A stretch of 64,000 nt of DNA from Octopus vulgaris (GCA_951406725.2 OX597815.1:190340001-190404000); one strand, 5' to 3'. Shown: positions 25,003 to 37,693, counted from the first letter of the stretch. Notes: a model not told the origin generated them from the sequence alone. Numbers and translations are program-made.

Positions 25003-25680
25003 GGCAGACGAAATACCTATTTCTTTACTACCCACAAGAGGCTAAACACAGAGAGGACATACAAACGGATTAAGTCGATTACATCGACTTCAGAGCGTAA
25101 CTGGTACTTAATTTATCGACCCCGAAAGGATGAAAGGCAAAGCTGACCTCGGCGGAATTTGAACTCAAAACGCAACGGCAGACGAAATACTGCTAAGCAT
25201 TTCGCCTGGCGCGCTAACGCTTCTGCCAGCTCGCCGCCTTCGTTCACCAACCTCTAATGGTGGCAGTACGTACTTGGCACTGGAGGCAAACGCGCGCGCA
25301 CACACAAACACGTTGAAATACACATTCAGAGAGAGAGTGAGAGAGAGAGAAAGAGAGAGAGAGAGAAAAGAGAGAGAGAGAGAGATTATAATTTATTGAG
25401 CACGATTGGCGTGAACTCTTTCCCTCTACTCATATATGATACATTATATATTTCTTTACTACCCACAGGGGGCTAAACACAGAGGGGACAAACAAGGACA
25501 TACAAAGAGTTAAAGTGATTCCATCGACCCCAGTGCGTAACTGGTACTTAATTTATCGACCCTGAAAGGATGAAAGGCAAAGTCGATCTCGGCGGAATTT
25601 GAACTCAGAACGTAACGGCAGACGAAATACGGCTTCGCATTTCGCCCGGCGTGCTACCGTTTCTGCCAGCTCGCCGCCTT
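25003..25680 (-). mobile_element. Two SINE B copies (25003-25240, 25450-25680)
   Basis: Reverse-complement matches with B1 tails. Confidence 0.9.
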
Positions 25681-26140
25681 CAATATATGATTGATTGATT
25701 CTAGTTTCAGCTCATGAGCTGTGGCCATGCTGGGGCACCGCCATTTAGATACATTATATGATACATTATATTTTATCTTTTACCTGTTTTAGTGATTAGA
25801 CTGCGGCCATGCTGGGGCACCTCTTTCTGGAATTTTAGTCGAACGACTCGACCCCGCTGCTTATTTTCTTAAAGCGTGGTACTTATTCTTATCGGTTTCT
25901 CGGGTTCTATAGCATATGCATTTCCCACCCCTGGACAGAACGCCGACCCGTTGCACTGTTATTCATTTTTGCCAGGTGAGTGAACAGGAACAAGGTGAAA
26001 AGAAGTGTTTTTGCTCAAGAAGATAACGCATCGCCCGATACTGGATTCGAAACTGAAATCGTATGATCATGAGTACAACACCCCCTAACCAGTAAACCAC
26101 GCGCCTCCATCTTTTAAACAGCAGTTAGAGTATATTTTCA

Positions 26141-26558
26141 GGATCTTTTCGGTTTGAACGGCAGTTTTTTTCTAGCGGTGTCATAGGAAATTGTCACCCA
26201 TAATTATGACTCTAGTATCGATCTATTGCATTTCAATCTGTTTTAGGGTTAGTTAGGGTTAGGGTTTGGGTGAAGGGTATCTTTTTTTTCTTCACAAAGG
26301 TAAATAAACCCAATCTGTTTATTAAACGAGAGTCATATTCGTACGGCACAGAATATTTCTTTTTACCTCAATAGACATCAGTGATTGGTTGAAATTGCAG
26401 AAAAAAACACAACAAATATCTTATAAACTATAGAATTTTCTCAATAAAGCCAAGAGAAAAAGATGTTTTAAAAACACATTCTACCTGTATACGAAGTTTA
26501 AAATGTTTTAGTTACCTAGAAATTATGGTAAAAACTGCCGTTCAAACAGAAAAGATCC
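26141..26558 (+). mobile_element. TIR element family D, copy 1
   Basis: TIR GGATCTTTTCGGTTTGAACGGCAGTTTT; internal TTAGGG repeats. Confidence 0.9.
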
Positions 26559-26679
26559 AAGTGTTTTTGCTCAAGAAGATAACGTATCGCCCGATACTGG
26601 ATTCGAAACTGAAATCGTATGGCCTAACCAGTAAACCACGCGCCCCCATCTTTTAAACAGCAGTTAGAGTATATTTTCA

Positions 26680-27110
26680 GGATCTTTTCGGTTTCAACGG
26701 CAGTTTTTTCTAGCGGTGTCATAGGAAATTGTCACCCATAATTATGACCCTAGTATCGATCTATTGCATTTCAATCTGTTTTAGAGTTAGTTAGGGTTTG
26801 GGGGAAGGGTATCTTTTTTTCTTCACAAAGGTAAATAAACCCAATCTGTTTATTAAACGAGGGACATATTCGTACGTTACAGAATGTTTTTTTTTTTTTA
26901 CCTCAATAGACATCAGTGATTAGTTGAAATTGCAGAAATTGAAGAAGAAAAAAAGCAACAAATATCTTACAAACTATAGAATTTTCTCAATAAAGCCAAG
27001 AGAAAAAGATGTTTTAAAGGGATAAACACATTCTACCAGTATACGAAGTTTAAAATGTTTTAGTTACCTAGAAATTATGTTAAAAACTGTCGTTCAAACC
27101 GAAAAGATCC
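26680..27110 (+). mobile_element. TIR element family D, copy 2
   Basis: Same TIRs and body. Confidence 0.9.
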
Positions 27111-27715
27111 AAGTGTTTTTGCTCAAGAAGATAACGTATCGCCCCGATACTAGATTCGAAAGTGAAATCGTATGATCAGAATACAACACCCCTAACCAGT
27201 GAGCCACGCGCCTCCATTTTTTAAACAGCAGTTAGAGTAATATGTTCATTATTGGAAACTCATTTTCTAATGTGACATGTTTTCTTTAATTCAGATTTTC
27301 AACGCGTTATACAAAAGTAGCGATGCTGAAAGTGCATGTAAGCAAGAGTAAAGGTTAACAAGTGCCAACGATCTCGTGATGTTTTTATACTTTTCGTCAG
27401 TCATTAGTTGCAATGTAAATAACATGAAACAACCATAAACGTCAGTCGAAGCCATAATGCTGAAGAGAACGGTTCAAACACAGTACCAAAGTTCAAATCC
27501 TTCCATTTATATAATTAGGAGAGACAAACAGACAGACATTATTGTCAATGATTTTGACGCATTATTTTCTAACACTGAGTGGGGAATGAATGGGATGATA
27601 GAAAGTTCGAATGGTGCTATTGGTCTTTTGTGAGCTGTAACAAATTTTCTGATAAATTAAAGAATGCGAACAAAAGAATGGATGCTACAAAACATACATT
27701 ATCCTAATTAAAACA

Positions 27716-28196
27716 TTTTTTCTCGATTTTTGATCAACAAATGTTTTCATAGCACTTTCCAGATCTATCGCTTTTGCAACATTATATTCAACTGAGGAAA
27801 TTGCCATAGAATTTATTCAGTCTTGTCGACCGTAAATGTGTCTTTATAAGCTTTAGCTAACTAAAGCTTTTCTCTCTCATGGCCACAGTTAAAAATTATT
27901 ATAAACATTGTTTTTAACGCATCCCACAGATTTGACATGACATCCTGTAACTTAATATTGTTGATGAATCTAACAGCTTCTGTCGGAAGCTTAACGTCTC
28001 CAGGAAATAATTCTTCTGCAATATCTAGTTCAGGGAGGAGGTCACATCCGTTAATATCACCTAGGCAACATTTTAAAATAAGCTTCATCCCATTCAAGGA
28101 TTTTTCACATTTTGCTTCGTATTTTATTTCATTTGTTATTTTCACATTTTCTGCTTTTGAATTTGAAAGAATGAACGTGATGCTTTCTAAGAGCAT
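27716..28196 (-). pseudogene. Fossil hAT transposase C-terminal dimerisation domain
   Basis: ..SNLWDALKTMFII..ER / SFS*LKLIKTHLRST / AKAIDLESAMKTFVDQKSRK across frameshifts; matches the hAT ERSFSKLKLIK..LRST motif. Confidence 0.8.
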
Positions 28197-28485
28197 GTGG
28201 CATCGTTACGTGACTGCCTAAGTTCCCAGTATCATCAGCAGACACTGGGGCAGACACAACTGTTGTCGGGATGTGTTTAGATCTATGAGTTGACTTACAT
28301 ACATCCCTGCTTCTCACATAAGAAATTGAGAGGGCTAGAATAACTTTTATGGTAATTTGATAGGACAATTTTATTTTTATTTATAATGACTATTCTTGTC
28401 GTTATTTAGCATCTATATTGGTCCATCAACCCGCTGTTAATTTATTTATTTATAAGAATAATGTATATTATTCATTGCATCCTTT

Positions 28486-28710
28486 GGATCTTTTCACTTT
28501 GACCGGCAGATTTTTAAAATAATTTCTTTGTAACAAAACACTTTTAAACTTCGTATACTGGTAGAATGTGTTACATAAAACATCTTTTTCTCTTGGCTTT
28601 CTTGAGAAAATTCTGTAGTTTATAGGCTATTTGTTGTTAAATTTCTTGCATTTCGGCAATTTCAACCAATCAATGACGTCTATTGAGGTGAATACAATTA
28701 CTGCTGTAGT
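28486..28710 (-). mobile_element. Older D-related element, one end
   Basis: GGATCTTTTCACTTTGACCGGCAG..AAACTTCGTATACTGGTAGAATGTG; another copy at 29350-29565. Confidence 0.7.
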
Positions 28711-29569
28711 TTGTCAACAACAATTTCCCATCCTTCTTTCAAGTTTGAGGGAAATGTGGCTTCTGTTTCAAGATCGTTAATTCGTGGAATGATTTATGTT
28801 TAAAGTGCCCGCTTTCTCGACGACAATCGAAAACAAATTGTCCAAAGTAACAAAAATATTTCTAGAAATCATTATATATATTTTTGGTAATTATTTTACT
28901 AGTTTCAATCCTTGCCCAGTGGCTATGCTTAGGACACTGTCTCCCAGCGTTTTATTTCAATCATATCAATCGCAGCGCATAGTTTAGTTTGGTACTTGAC
29001 TTACCTAATTGTATCGAATAGAGATCGATAAACTATAAACCAATAAATGTATGGTTCTGAGTTTGTAAGAAAGTATTGCTGAACAAATTGCCTTACGGCA
29101 GGGGCGCAGCCAGGTTCTAAAGTTAGTGGGAAGCGAATGCATAAAAAAAAAGGCATCGTTACACATATCAAACAATTTTGAACTCATTCGTTATACATTT
29201 TATAAAAGGCGCCAATTTTGAAAAATGTGCTCGGCGGAAGAGCGGACGCTTCTCTTGGTCCTCTGTTAGCTATGCCACTACTTTACGGCGGTATTTAGTT
29301 TCATTTTTTTATAGCTTGAGTTCAAATCCTCCTGAGATCAACTTTTATAGGATCTTTACCCTTTGAACGGCAGATCTAGAAATTAATTTTTGTAACTAAA
29401 CACTTTCAGACTTCGGACACTGGTAGAATGTGTCATATAAAACATTTTTTACTCTTAGTGTTGTTGAGAAAAGTTTATATTTTCAAAGTTATTTCGTGTT
29501 AAAGTTGTCGTATTTCGGTAATTTCAACCAATCAATGACGTGTATTCACCTGAATAAAATTACTACCGC

Positions 29570-29892
29570 CACGAGGGTAGCAACTTTGGGGAAGGGGATG
29601 AGTCGATTACATCGATCCTAGTGTTATTTTATCGACCCCCTAAAGGATGAAAGGTAAAGTCGACCTCGGCGGAATTTGAACTCAGAACGTAAAGACAGAC
29701 AAAATTTGGTGGGAGAAGGGTGCCAGTCGATTAAATCGACCCAGCACACAGCTGGTTCTTAATTTACCAAACCCGAATGGCTGAAAGGCAAAGTCGACCT
29801 CGACGAAATTTGAACCCAGAACGTAGCGACAGACAAAATACCGCTAAGCATATCGTCGAGTTCGCTAACGATTCTGCCAACTCGCCACCTTG
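29570..29892 (-). mobile_element. Two SINE B fragments
   Basis: AAAGTCGACCTCGGCGGAATTTGAACTCAGAAC-type core occurs twice. Confidence 0.8.
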
Positions 29893-30218
29893 GCAAGACA
29901 GAAAATAATACTGTTATATTCGATCAAGTTTATTCAAATTTCAAAAGTTTTCTTTGATTTTTTTTTTAATAGTAAAGTCTTTGATCAGATCCTCACCATG
30001 CACGCTTCGAAATTATATTTCCAATCCTATAAACCTCTTCGAACGTTATTTTAGTAAGTTTGAATGATTTCTTTTGAGCCACAAATCACTTACCATTTCT
30101 GCAGAGCTCCTTTCTCTTTGATGCCCTAAGCACGTGCTTATTTTGCTTTATGTTTAATCCAGCACTGGCAGCGGGACTGAATCTGGAACCATAAGATTGG
30201 GAATCAAACTTTAAAATG

Positions 30219-30451
30219 TACTCTTTTACTTGTTTCAGTCATTTGACTTCGGCCATGCTGGAGCACTGCCTTCAGTCGAGCAAATCGACCCCAGGACTTA
30301 TTCTTTGTAAGCCTAGTACTTATTCTATTGGTCTCTTTTGCCGAACTGCTAAGTTACAGGGACGTAAACACACCAGCATCGGTTGTCAAGCGATGTTGGG
30401 GGGGACAAACACAGACACACAAACATATACACACACACATACATACACACA

Positions 30452-30496
<45 letters not shown>

Positions 30497-30669
30497 GCAT
30501 GCATACATATATACGACTGGCTTCTTTCAGTTTCCGTCTACCAAATCCACTTAGAAGGCTTTGGACGGCCCGAGGCTATAGTAGAAGACACTTGCCCAAG
30601 GTGCCACGCAGTGGGACTGAACCCGGAACCATGTGGTTGGTAAGCAAGCTACTTACCACACAGCCACTC
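30219..30669 (-). mobile_element. SINE family A
   Basis: Reverse-complement match. Confidence 0.9.
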
Positions 30670-30996
30670 AAAAATAAACAAAAACTACAGAATCTGAAAT
30701 GAAATTTACTTTAAAAACATCAGTGGAAACATAATCAGTGTTCAGATTATCAGTGTAGATGGTCAGGCGATGATAAAGGAAAGTTTCTTGATTGTTATGG
30801 CGAATTTTAGTTGCAATTGTTAATAGAAACGAATTGGAAGTGTTATAAATCCAAACTCGAATATCAAAGTTTAAAATGTTTTAATCGACTAAAAAAATAC
30901 AGCAATATACAATACAAACAAAGATTGCTAAATTGTAAGCAAAACCAAACTTCAATGCAATAACAGTTTTATGCAGCGAGTTGCTACATTCTAGAC

Positions 30997-31215
30997 CAGT
31001 GGTTTTCAACCAGGGTTCCGCGGAACCTTAGGGTTCCGCCAGTACAGTCCAGGGGTTCCGCAACAAGTTACAAAAATGCTAAAATCGGCAGTAATTTTTA
31101 ATTCTCCTGTGCAGATATGTGTGCATAAGACTATTAACTTATTGCAAAGGGGTTCCTGAAGCCAGTGGAACGTTTCCTTGGGGTTCCGCTCCAGCAAAAA
31201 TGTTGAAAAGCACTG
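30997..31215. mobile_element. hAT MITE (same family as 24586)
   Basis: Same TIRs; TSD TTCTAGAC/TTCGAGAC. Confidence 0.9.
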
Positions 31216-31367
31216 TTCGAGACTAACTAAAATCAACGCTGAACATGTCGTCTGCAAACAGAACAGAACTCCGCGCAGTCGCAGTGCGGGCATATAACAG
31301 CAATCGAGACAATCAAAATCACGTGATCAAAACTAAAATCACAACAGGAAGAAATGATGCTCTTCAT

Positions 31368-32065
31368 CAATGTTTCTCAACCGGGATCCACATGACCTTT
31401 GGCGGGGTCTGTTACACATTCATATCTATGTGTATACGTTGGTATACGTGTGTAGAATACATCCCCACTTTTTGGCACTATTTTGTTAGTAACAGTACGA
31501 ACTGTGTCTAAAGTATATATGTATCACTACGCTGAATGTTGACAGTTCGTATAACATGAAAAGTAAATAAACACGTAAAACAATAACAATGGCTTCATAT
31601 TGAGTTGTCTATCCCATTAGAACGAAACTACACATAACAGGGTCCATATAGGATTTTGATGTCAAATTTATATGCAATAAATTGTTTATTTTAACCATTT
31701 TTTTTTACAATTCCTAATAATATTTATTTCGTTTTTGGATTTGGTTTACAAGATTCTTTATGCGAATTCGTGTGTTGAAGCATATTCTGTTGTGTCTTGG
31801 GAGAGTCATTTTTCTTTAGTGCCTCATTATTTAACACACTTACCGGTAAAGTTTCCACTTGTTTACTTATTTATTTTCCCTAAGGTTTTCTTTGCCTCTT
31901 ACAAACTTTTCAAACGACTATTGCAAAGGCTGCAAGACGCAAAGAAAATTTTAGGAAAAATAAATAAGTGGAAACTTTACCGGTGTGTGTGTTAAATAAT
32001 TTGGCACTAAAAAAGAATGATTCTCCCCAGACACAACACAGGTAAAAAATGGTTGAGAACCACTG
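31368..32065. mobile_element. Old hAT MITE with a nested inverted-repeat element
   Basis: CAATGTTTCTCAACC ... GGTTGAGAACCACTG ends; nested arms at 31789-31902 and 31931-32037. Confidence 0.6.
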
Positions 32066-32169
32066 CCCAGCATAATGTTAGATTCGAAAAACTGAAATCT
32101 ATTTATATTTTACAGAAATGATGAATTATTTACATTTGACGGAAATGTGTCCTCATCTTGTTTGTTATT

Positions 32170-32212
32170 ACTACGTTTCGGCTGACTTACTCACCAGCCT
32201 TCATCAGGCGTC
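32170..32212 (-). ncRNA. Minimal hammerhead motif
   Basis: CTGATGA-A-GGCTG..CAGCC-GAAA-CG-TA. Confidence 0.7.
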
Positions 32213-32360
32213 TGTGGGGAATTTCGAACCTGGGTCCTTATTACATAAGGTATTTTTCCGATGTTATTATTCAGGTCACTGCCTGGAATCAAACTCGGAA
32301 TCTTGGAGTTAGTAGCCTGCGCTCTTAACCACTACGCTATATGCCCGTGAATTTTAGGGC

Positions 32361-32528
32361 TTATAAATCTAATATTTTCCTATCCTTCCTTAATACTGGT
32401 TCCCATATTCTACTCATATCTGCACTAGATCTGCTTAAGAGGTTATTATGTCCTAGCATATGTGCTGCTTCTTTTAGTTTTCATATATTCCAGTGGTGTT
32501 CTCTGTCTATTATTTTAACTGCACCCCA
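32361..32528 (-). pseudogene. Penelope GIY-YIG endonuclease C-terminus
   Basis: WGAVKIIDREHHWNI*KLKEAAHMLGHNNLLSRSSADMSRIWEPVLRKDRKILDL*; fits the PLE W..VKI.D.E..W..RK.KEA pattern. The internal TGA is probably a decayed CGA. Confidence 0.8.
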
Positions 32529-32782
32529 CAGCGTGGAGGTGGTCTCAGGACACCTGATGAAGGCTGCAGAGTACATCAACCAAAACGTTGTGTTAACAAC
32601 AAACAAGATGAGGACAAACATCCGTCAAATGTAAATAACGTACTATTTATATATATTTTTATGTCTTGCCCTCGCAGTTTCTCATTTGAATCTATGCATC
32701 TTATGTAACAAGAGTTTCCAGTTGTTACTCTGTAATCTACAATTAAGAAAAAAAATATGAAGAATAAAGCGAAAATGAAATA

Positions 32783-33243
32783 ATCATCCTTTCTATTACA
32801 AGCACAAAGCCTGAAGTCTTGGGGGAGGCGACCAGTCGATTATGTCGACCCCAGAAATTCACTGACACTTAATTTACTGACACGAAAGGATAAAAAGTTA
32901 AGTCGAACTCAACGGAACTTGAACTCAGAACGTAGCGACGGGCGAAATACCGCGAAGCATTTTCGTTCAGCATGCTAACGACTCTGCCAGCTCGCTGCCT
33001 TTACAATCGTTTATTATATGTGTTTCTTTACTACCCACAAGGGGCTTAACATAGAAGGGACAGACAAACGGATTAAGCCAATTATATCGATCCCAGTGCG
33101 TAACTGGTACTTAATTTATCGACCCCGAAAGGATGAAAGGCAAAGTCGACCTCGGCGGAATTTGAACTCAGAACGTAACGGCAGACGAAATACGGCTACG
33201 TATTTCGCCCGGCGTGCTAACGATTCTGCCAGCTCGCCGCCTT
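32783..33243 (-). mobile_element. Two SINE B copies (B2 then B1 tail)
   Basis: Reverse-complement matches. Confidence 0.88.
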
Positions 33244-33724
33244 TACAATCTAGAACGATCCTTTATTATATGACCTCAAGAAGTTCTTTATTTTAAATTC
33301 AATTTTTTAAAAAAATCATATTTTCATTCTTTACGCAGGCATGAAGTTTTGGGATTAATATAGAAAGAGAGATATGTACTTTCGGGACGTTTAATTTTTA
33401 TTATTATTATTTTTTTATTTTCTTCTGAATGACATTTGCAGAACTCAGTGAAATCTCAAATTTAAGAATAGAACCTGGATCGGAAGTTACCAACCTAAAA
33501 CTCATTCCTCTCCTCAGTGCGAAATAATTGATTTCTTACAGAATAACATGAATACTAACACAGCATGGGTTACGAATGGTTAAGTACGTGGAGTCATATT
33601 TAATATGTATTTCGTCTCCGTTGAGATTTTGTAGACAAAGGGAAATACGAGATCGTATGCTGTTCATATTTCTGGTGATGTACGTTGAATAAAGTGAAAC
33701 GGATTCAACAAACGATTGAATGAG

Positions 33725-34000
33725 TTGTTGTTGTTGTTGTTAAGGAACAAGTCACCACTGATTGAGCAGACCTGTAATGAAAGGCGTTCTAGTTGTGACC
33801 ATCCTGTCTTAAAACAATTGATTTGTTGTTGTTTAACTACAAATCATCACTAATCGAGCCTACCAGTAATCAAAGGCGTTCTAGCTGTGACCATCCTATC
33901 TCTTTTTTTTTCAGATGTACCACGGACTACATTATTTAGCGCATTCTTTTTTATAAGGGTAGTAGTAAAATTTGATTCGAGAGAGATTTGGATGTCGCTT
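33725..34000 (-). mobile_element. Dispersed repeat family G, (AAC)n-tailed
   Basis: GAGCAGACC..AAAGGCGTTCTAG.TGTGACCATCC..GATTTGAGGGAGATTTGGCTG. Fragments also near 40.8-41.0, 42.15, 47.2-47.7, 48.3-48.6, 53.6-53.96 and 60.4 kb. Confidence 0.6.
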
Positions 34001-34004
34001 TTTA

Positions 34005-34586
34005 ATTTCTTTATTGCCTACAAGGGGCTAAACATAGAGGGGGCAAACAAGGACAGACAAAAGGATTAAGTCGATTACATCGCCCCTAGTGCGTAACTGG
34101 TACTTAATTTATCGACTCCGAAAGGATGAAAGGCAAAGTCGACCTCGGCGGAATTTGAACTCAAAACGTAACGGCAGACGAAATACGGCTACGCATTTCG
34201 CCCGGCGTGCTAACTTTTCTGCCAGATCGCCGCCTTTGGATGTTGTTTCTGACAAGCCAGCCATGCCATAAAGCAGCGATTCCTTGATTTCAATTTTTAC
34301 TTGTTGTGCACTTTAAATAATATTTTTGCGAACTTTGTACATAAAAATAAAAGATATATATTAATTCAAAATTTTGGCACAAGATCAGTAAATTTGGGGG
34401 GGGGGAGGAGATATATTGATTGCATCGACCCCAGTGCTCAACTGGTACTTACTTTATTGACCACGAAAGGATAAATGGCCAAGTTGACCTTGGCAGAATT
34501 TGAACAAAGAAAGAACGTACAGATGGAGGAAATGTCGCTTAGCAATTTGCCCCGAGTGCTGACGATTCTGTCAGCTCGCCGCCTTA
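34005..34586 (-). mobile_element. Two SINE B copies
   Basis: 34005-34236 (young) and 34365-34586 (older). Confidence 0.85.
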
Positions 34587-34880
34587 ATATATATTTAAAC
34601 TGACATTTCTATATTTTAGTCTATAACCAAGAAAAAAAATAATGCAAAACATTTTTATATTTAACCTATTAACTGCCAAAATTTTTTATTCATATTTTTT
34701 GGCTTTGCCCGGTGTCTTAGGAGTTAAAATAATATATAGTATTTAAATTTTCATCATAAATTTTTCGAAAAGTCTCAAATGGGGATCGCTGATAAAAAGC
34801 ATATTTATCCTTTTCTATTCAATTGCAATAATAAACATTTTAGTTATTTTGTACAACAATTGTATATCATAATATCACTA

Positions 34881-35292
34881 GGATCTTTTCGGTTTGAACG
34901 ACAGTTTTTTCTAACGGTATCATGAAATTGTCACCCATAATTATGACCGTAGTATCGATCTATTGCATTTTAATCTATTTTAGGGTTAGGGTTAGGGGTG
35001 GGGGAATGGTATCTTTTTTTCTTCACAAATGTAAATAAACCCAATCTGTTTCTTAAACAAGGGACATATTCATACGGCACAGAATGTTTTCACCTCAATG
35101 GACGTCAGTGATTGGTTGAAATTGCAGAAATTGAAGAAAAAAACAACAAATATCTTACAAACTATAGAATTTTCTCAATAAAGCCAAGAGAAAAAGATGT
35201 TTTATAAACACATTCTACCAGTATACGAAGTTTAAAATTCTTTAGTTACCTAGAAATTATGTTAAAAACTGCCGTTCAAACCGAAAAGATCC
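34881..35292 (+). mobile_element. TIR element family D, copy 3
   Basis: TIRs GGATC..GATCC, (TTAGGG)3 inside, flanked by (T)ATCACT direct repeats. Confidence 0.92.
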
Positions 35293-35376
35293 TATCACTG
35301 TAAATATAATGGAGCTCACAATATACGAAGAAAACAAGCTAGACTGTGCACCAAAAACAATGTGTGTGTGTGTGTA

Positions 35377-35648
35377 GAGGCGCAATGGCCCAGTGGTTAG
35401 GGCAGTGGACTCGCGACCGTAGCATCGTGGTTTCGATTCCCAGACCGGGCGTTGTGAGTGTTTATTGAGCGAAAACACCCAAAGCTCCACGAGGCTCCGG
35501 CAGCGGGTGGTGGTGATCCCTGCTGTGCCCTTTCACCACAACTTTCTCTCGCTCTTTCTTCTGTTCGCCTGCTCGCTTAGCCAGGCTAAAACAATGTGAA
35601 GCGCATTGTGACCAGCGATGTGTAGCAATATCTGATGTCCTGGTCAGT

Positions 35649-35656
<8 letters not shown>
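35377..35656 (+). mobile_element. tRNA-derived SINE family E
   Basis: A box TGGCCCAGTGG, B box GGTTTCGATTCC; second copy at 58608. Confidence 0.85.
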
Positions 35657-35695
<39 letters not shown>

Positions 35696-35832
35696 CAGAA
35701 ATATAATGTTAAAGATTAATTATTTCTCGTTCAAACATGTCTTTCGTGACAATATAGATTTATCTTTTATTTTCTTTTTAATAACCATTACTAGTTATAA
35801 TTTCTATTATAGGTAAAATTTAGTATGTAAAC

Positions 35833-36004
35833 CAATATTTCTCAACCTATTTACTCATGCGCAACCCTTAAAATAAATCACATGTCTCAAGGAACCCCGT
35901 CTATCTGGATCATTTATTGTCCCCTTTTTTTGTATCACCTAACTGTCTGGATGTTTTGCGTTCTTGTCCCATTTTGTATTATATATATACATATATATAT
36001 ATAC

Positions 36005-36069
<65 letters not shown>

Positions 36070-36456
36070 GGGAATATGATTCCAAACTTTCAGGAAAAAA
36101 TTCAATTTAGTAATACATTATTTCGTACTTTATTTAGTTCTAGGAACATGTTTTATCGTATCTTTCATTTTTTTCTATATGGTATGATTTAATTATATCA
36201 TTGTTGAATTGCTACATGGTGGTTCATCTCTAATTTATATATATATATATGGTTGTTATATTTTTTTGATAACATAATAGGATAGATAGGATGATGTCCA
36301 TATTACAATATTACAAAAACTAATAACATGTTGTGCATGTATAGTAATATTACGATCATGAAATTAGCATTAGCTTATCTCACTCTTCTACGCGGAACCC
36401 CTAGGAACCTTTTGCGAGACCCTAGGGTTCCGGGGAACCCCGGTTGAGAAACGCTT
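35833..36456. mobile_element. Old hAT MITE with nested repeats
   Basis: CAATATTTCTCAACC ... GGAACCCCGGTTGAGAAACGCTTG. Confidence 0.55.
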
Positions 36457-37282
36457 GCAACCTGACTGACTCCTAATGACTTACGCTCCCCTTGACATGC
36501 CCAGCGTCCTCTTGGAGGCGGTCCCGTCCCAGTTGAGACCCTCTGTTCTGCGTAATCGATTGGCCTGCTAGAAATAACAGTTTGATCAGTTTCAAATTAT
36601 ACTCTACAATCTGAAAAGGAAAAACAAAGACATAACGGATGATGTTGTCCAGGAGAAATTATGTCCGGAAAATAAACGATAAGCTGACCATGGGTAGCAC
36701 ATCTTTGTTGGTATTGATGTGTTCGATTGAATCAAATAACAACAACAATAAGAGCAACAACCAGTTGGAAAAAATTATATTGTATAACTTTCATGCCAAC
36801 GAAGAGAAACGAATGACATGTGGGAACAAACATCCATTAATTTTGTATCGTTATGTCGAATTATTTTAATATCCAGGACGAAAATCTATATAGTTCATTA
36901 TCGTAAACCTATATTATAAAAAACAAAAGATTTCAATCACTCTATCATTTAATAAAATATTTGAATAAACGCTATATATACTTTTAATATTGGTTTTCTT
37001 AGACGCAATGTCACAATTTTAAAGATGATACATAAGCGACGAAGAGAATGCTCTTGTGGTAAAACGTTAAACGTACAATTTGGTTTCGTCCCCAAAATTA
37101 AACTGAATAGTGGAATGAACTCAGAGATAGTTCACTTTTTATTTTTTTATAATTCAGTATCAAATTTAGTTTTATTTACATAAAGATTGAATTGCAATTT
37201 AATTAGCAGAAAGCAAAGAAAAAGAAAAAAAGATGGAGGATAAAGTAGCAGAAGATGGGAGGGGGACAGCATGTAGGAACTA

Positions 37283-37693
37283 GGATCTTTTCGGTTTGAA
37301 CGGCTGTTTTTAACATAATTTCTAGGTAACTAAAACATTTTAAACTTCGTATACTGGTAGAATATGTTTATAAAACATCTTTTTCTCTTGGTTTTATTGA
37401 GAAAATTCTATAGTGTGTAAGATATTTGTTGTTTTTTTTCTTCAATTTCTTCAATTTCAACTAATCAATGACGTCCATTGAGGTGATAAACATTCTGTGC
37501 CGTATGAAAATGTTCCTCGTTTAAGAAACAGATTGGGTTTATTTACATTTGTGAAGAAAAAAGATACCCTTCCCCCCCCACCCTAACCCTAAAAGAGATT
37601 GAAATGCAATAGATCGATACTAGGGTTATAATTATGGGTGACAATTTCTTATGACACCGCTAGAAAAAACTGCCGTTCAAACCGAAAAGATCC
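37283..37693 (-). mobile_element. TIR element family D, copy 4
   Basis: Same TIRs, internal CCCTAA; flanked by direct repeats of about 121 and 130 bp. Confidence 0.92.

Larger units (their letters stand above)
32126..32643 (-). mobile_element. 5'-truncated Penelope element: GIY-YIG end, tRNA-like head, HHR, plus inverted tail copy
   Basis: ORF relic at 32361-32528, tRNA-like segment at 32272-32346, HHR at 32170-32212, inverted HHR/tail copy at 32546-32643. Confidence 0.85.

Noticed and set aside
26243-26270. Telomere or chromosome fusion site
   Set aside because: The TTAGGG units are internal to family D elements.
35377-35450. tRNA genes at SINE heads (also 198, 4995, 32272, 58608)
   Set aside because: A and B boxes are present, but there is no clean acceptor stem or terminator and each continues into a repeat body.
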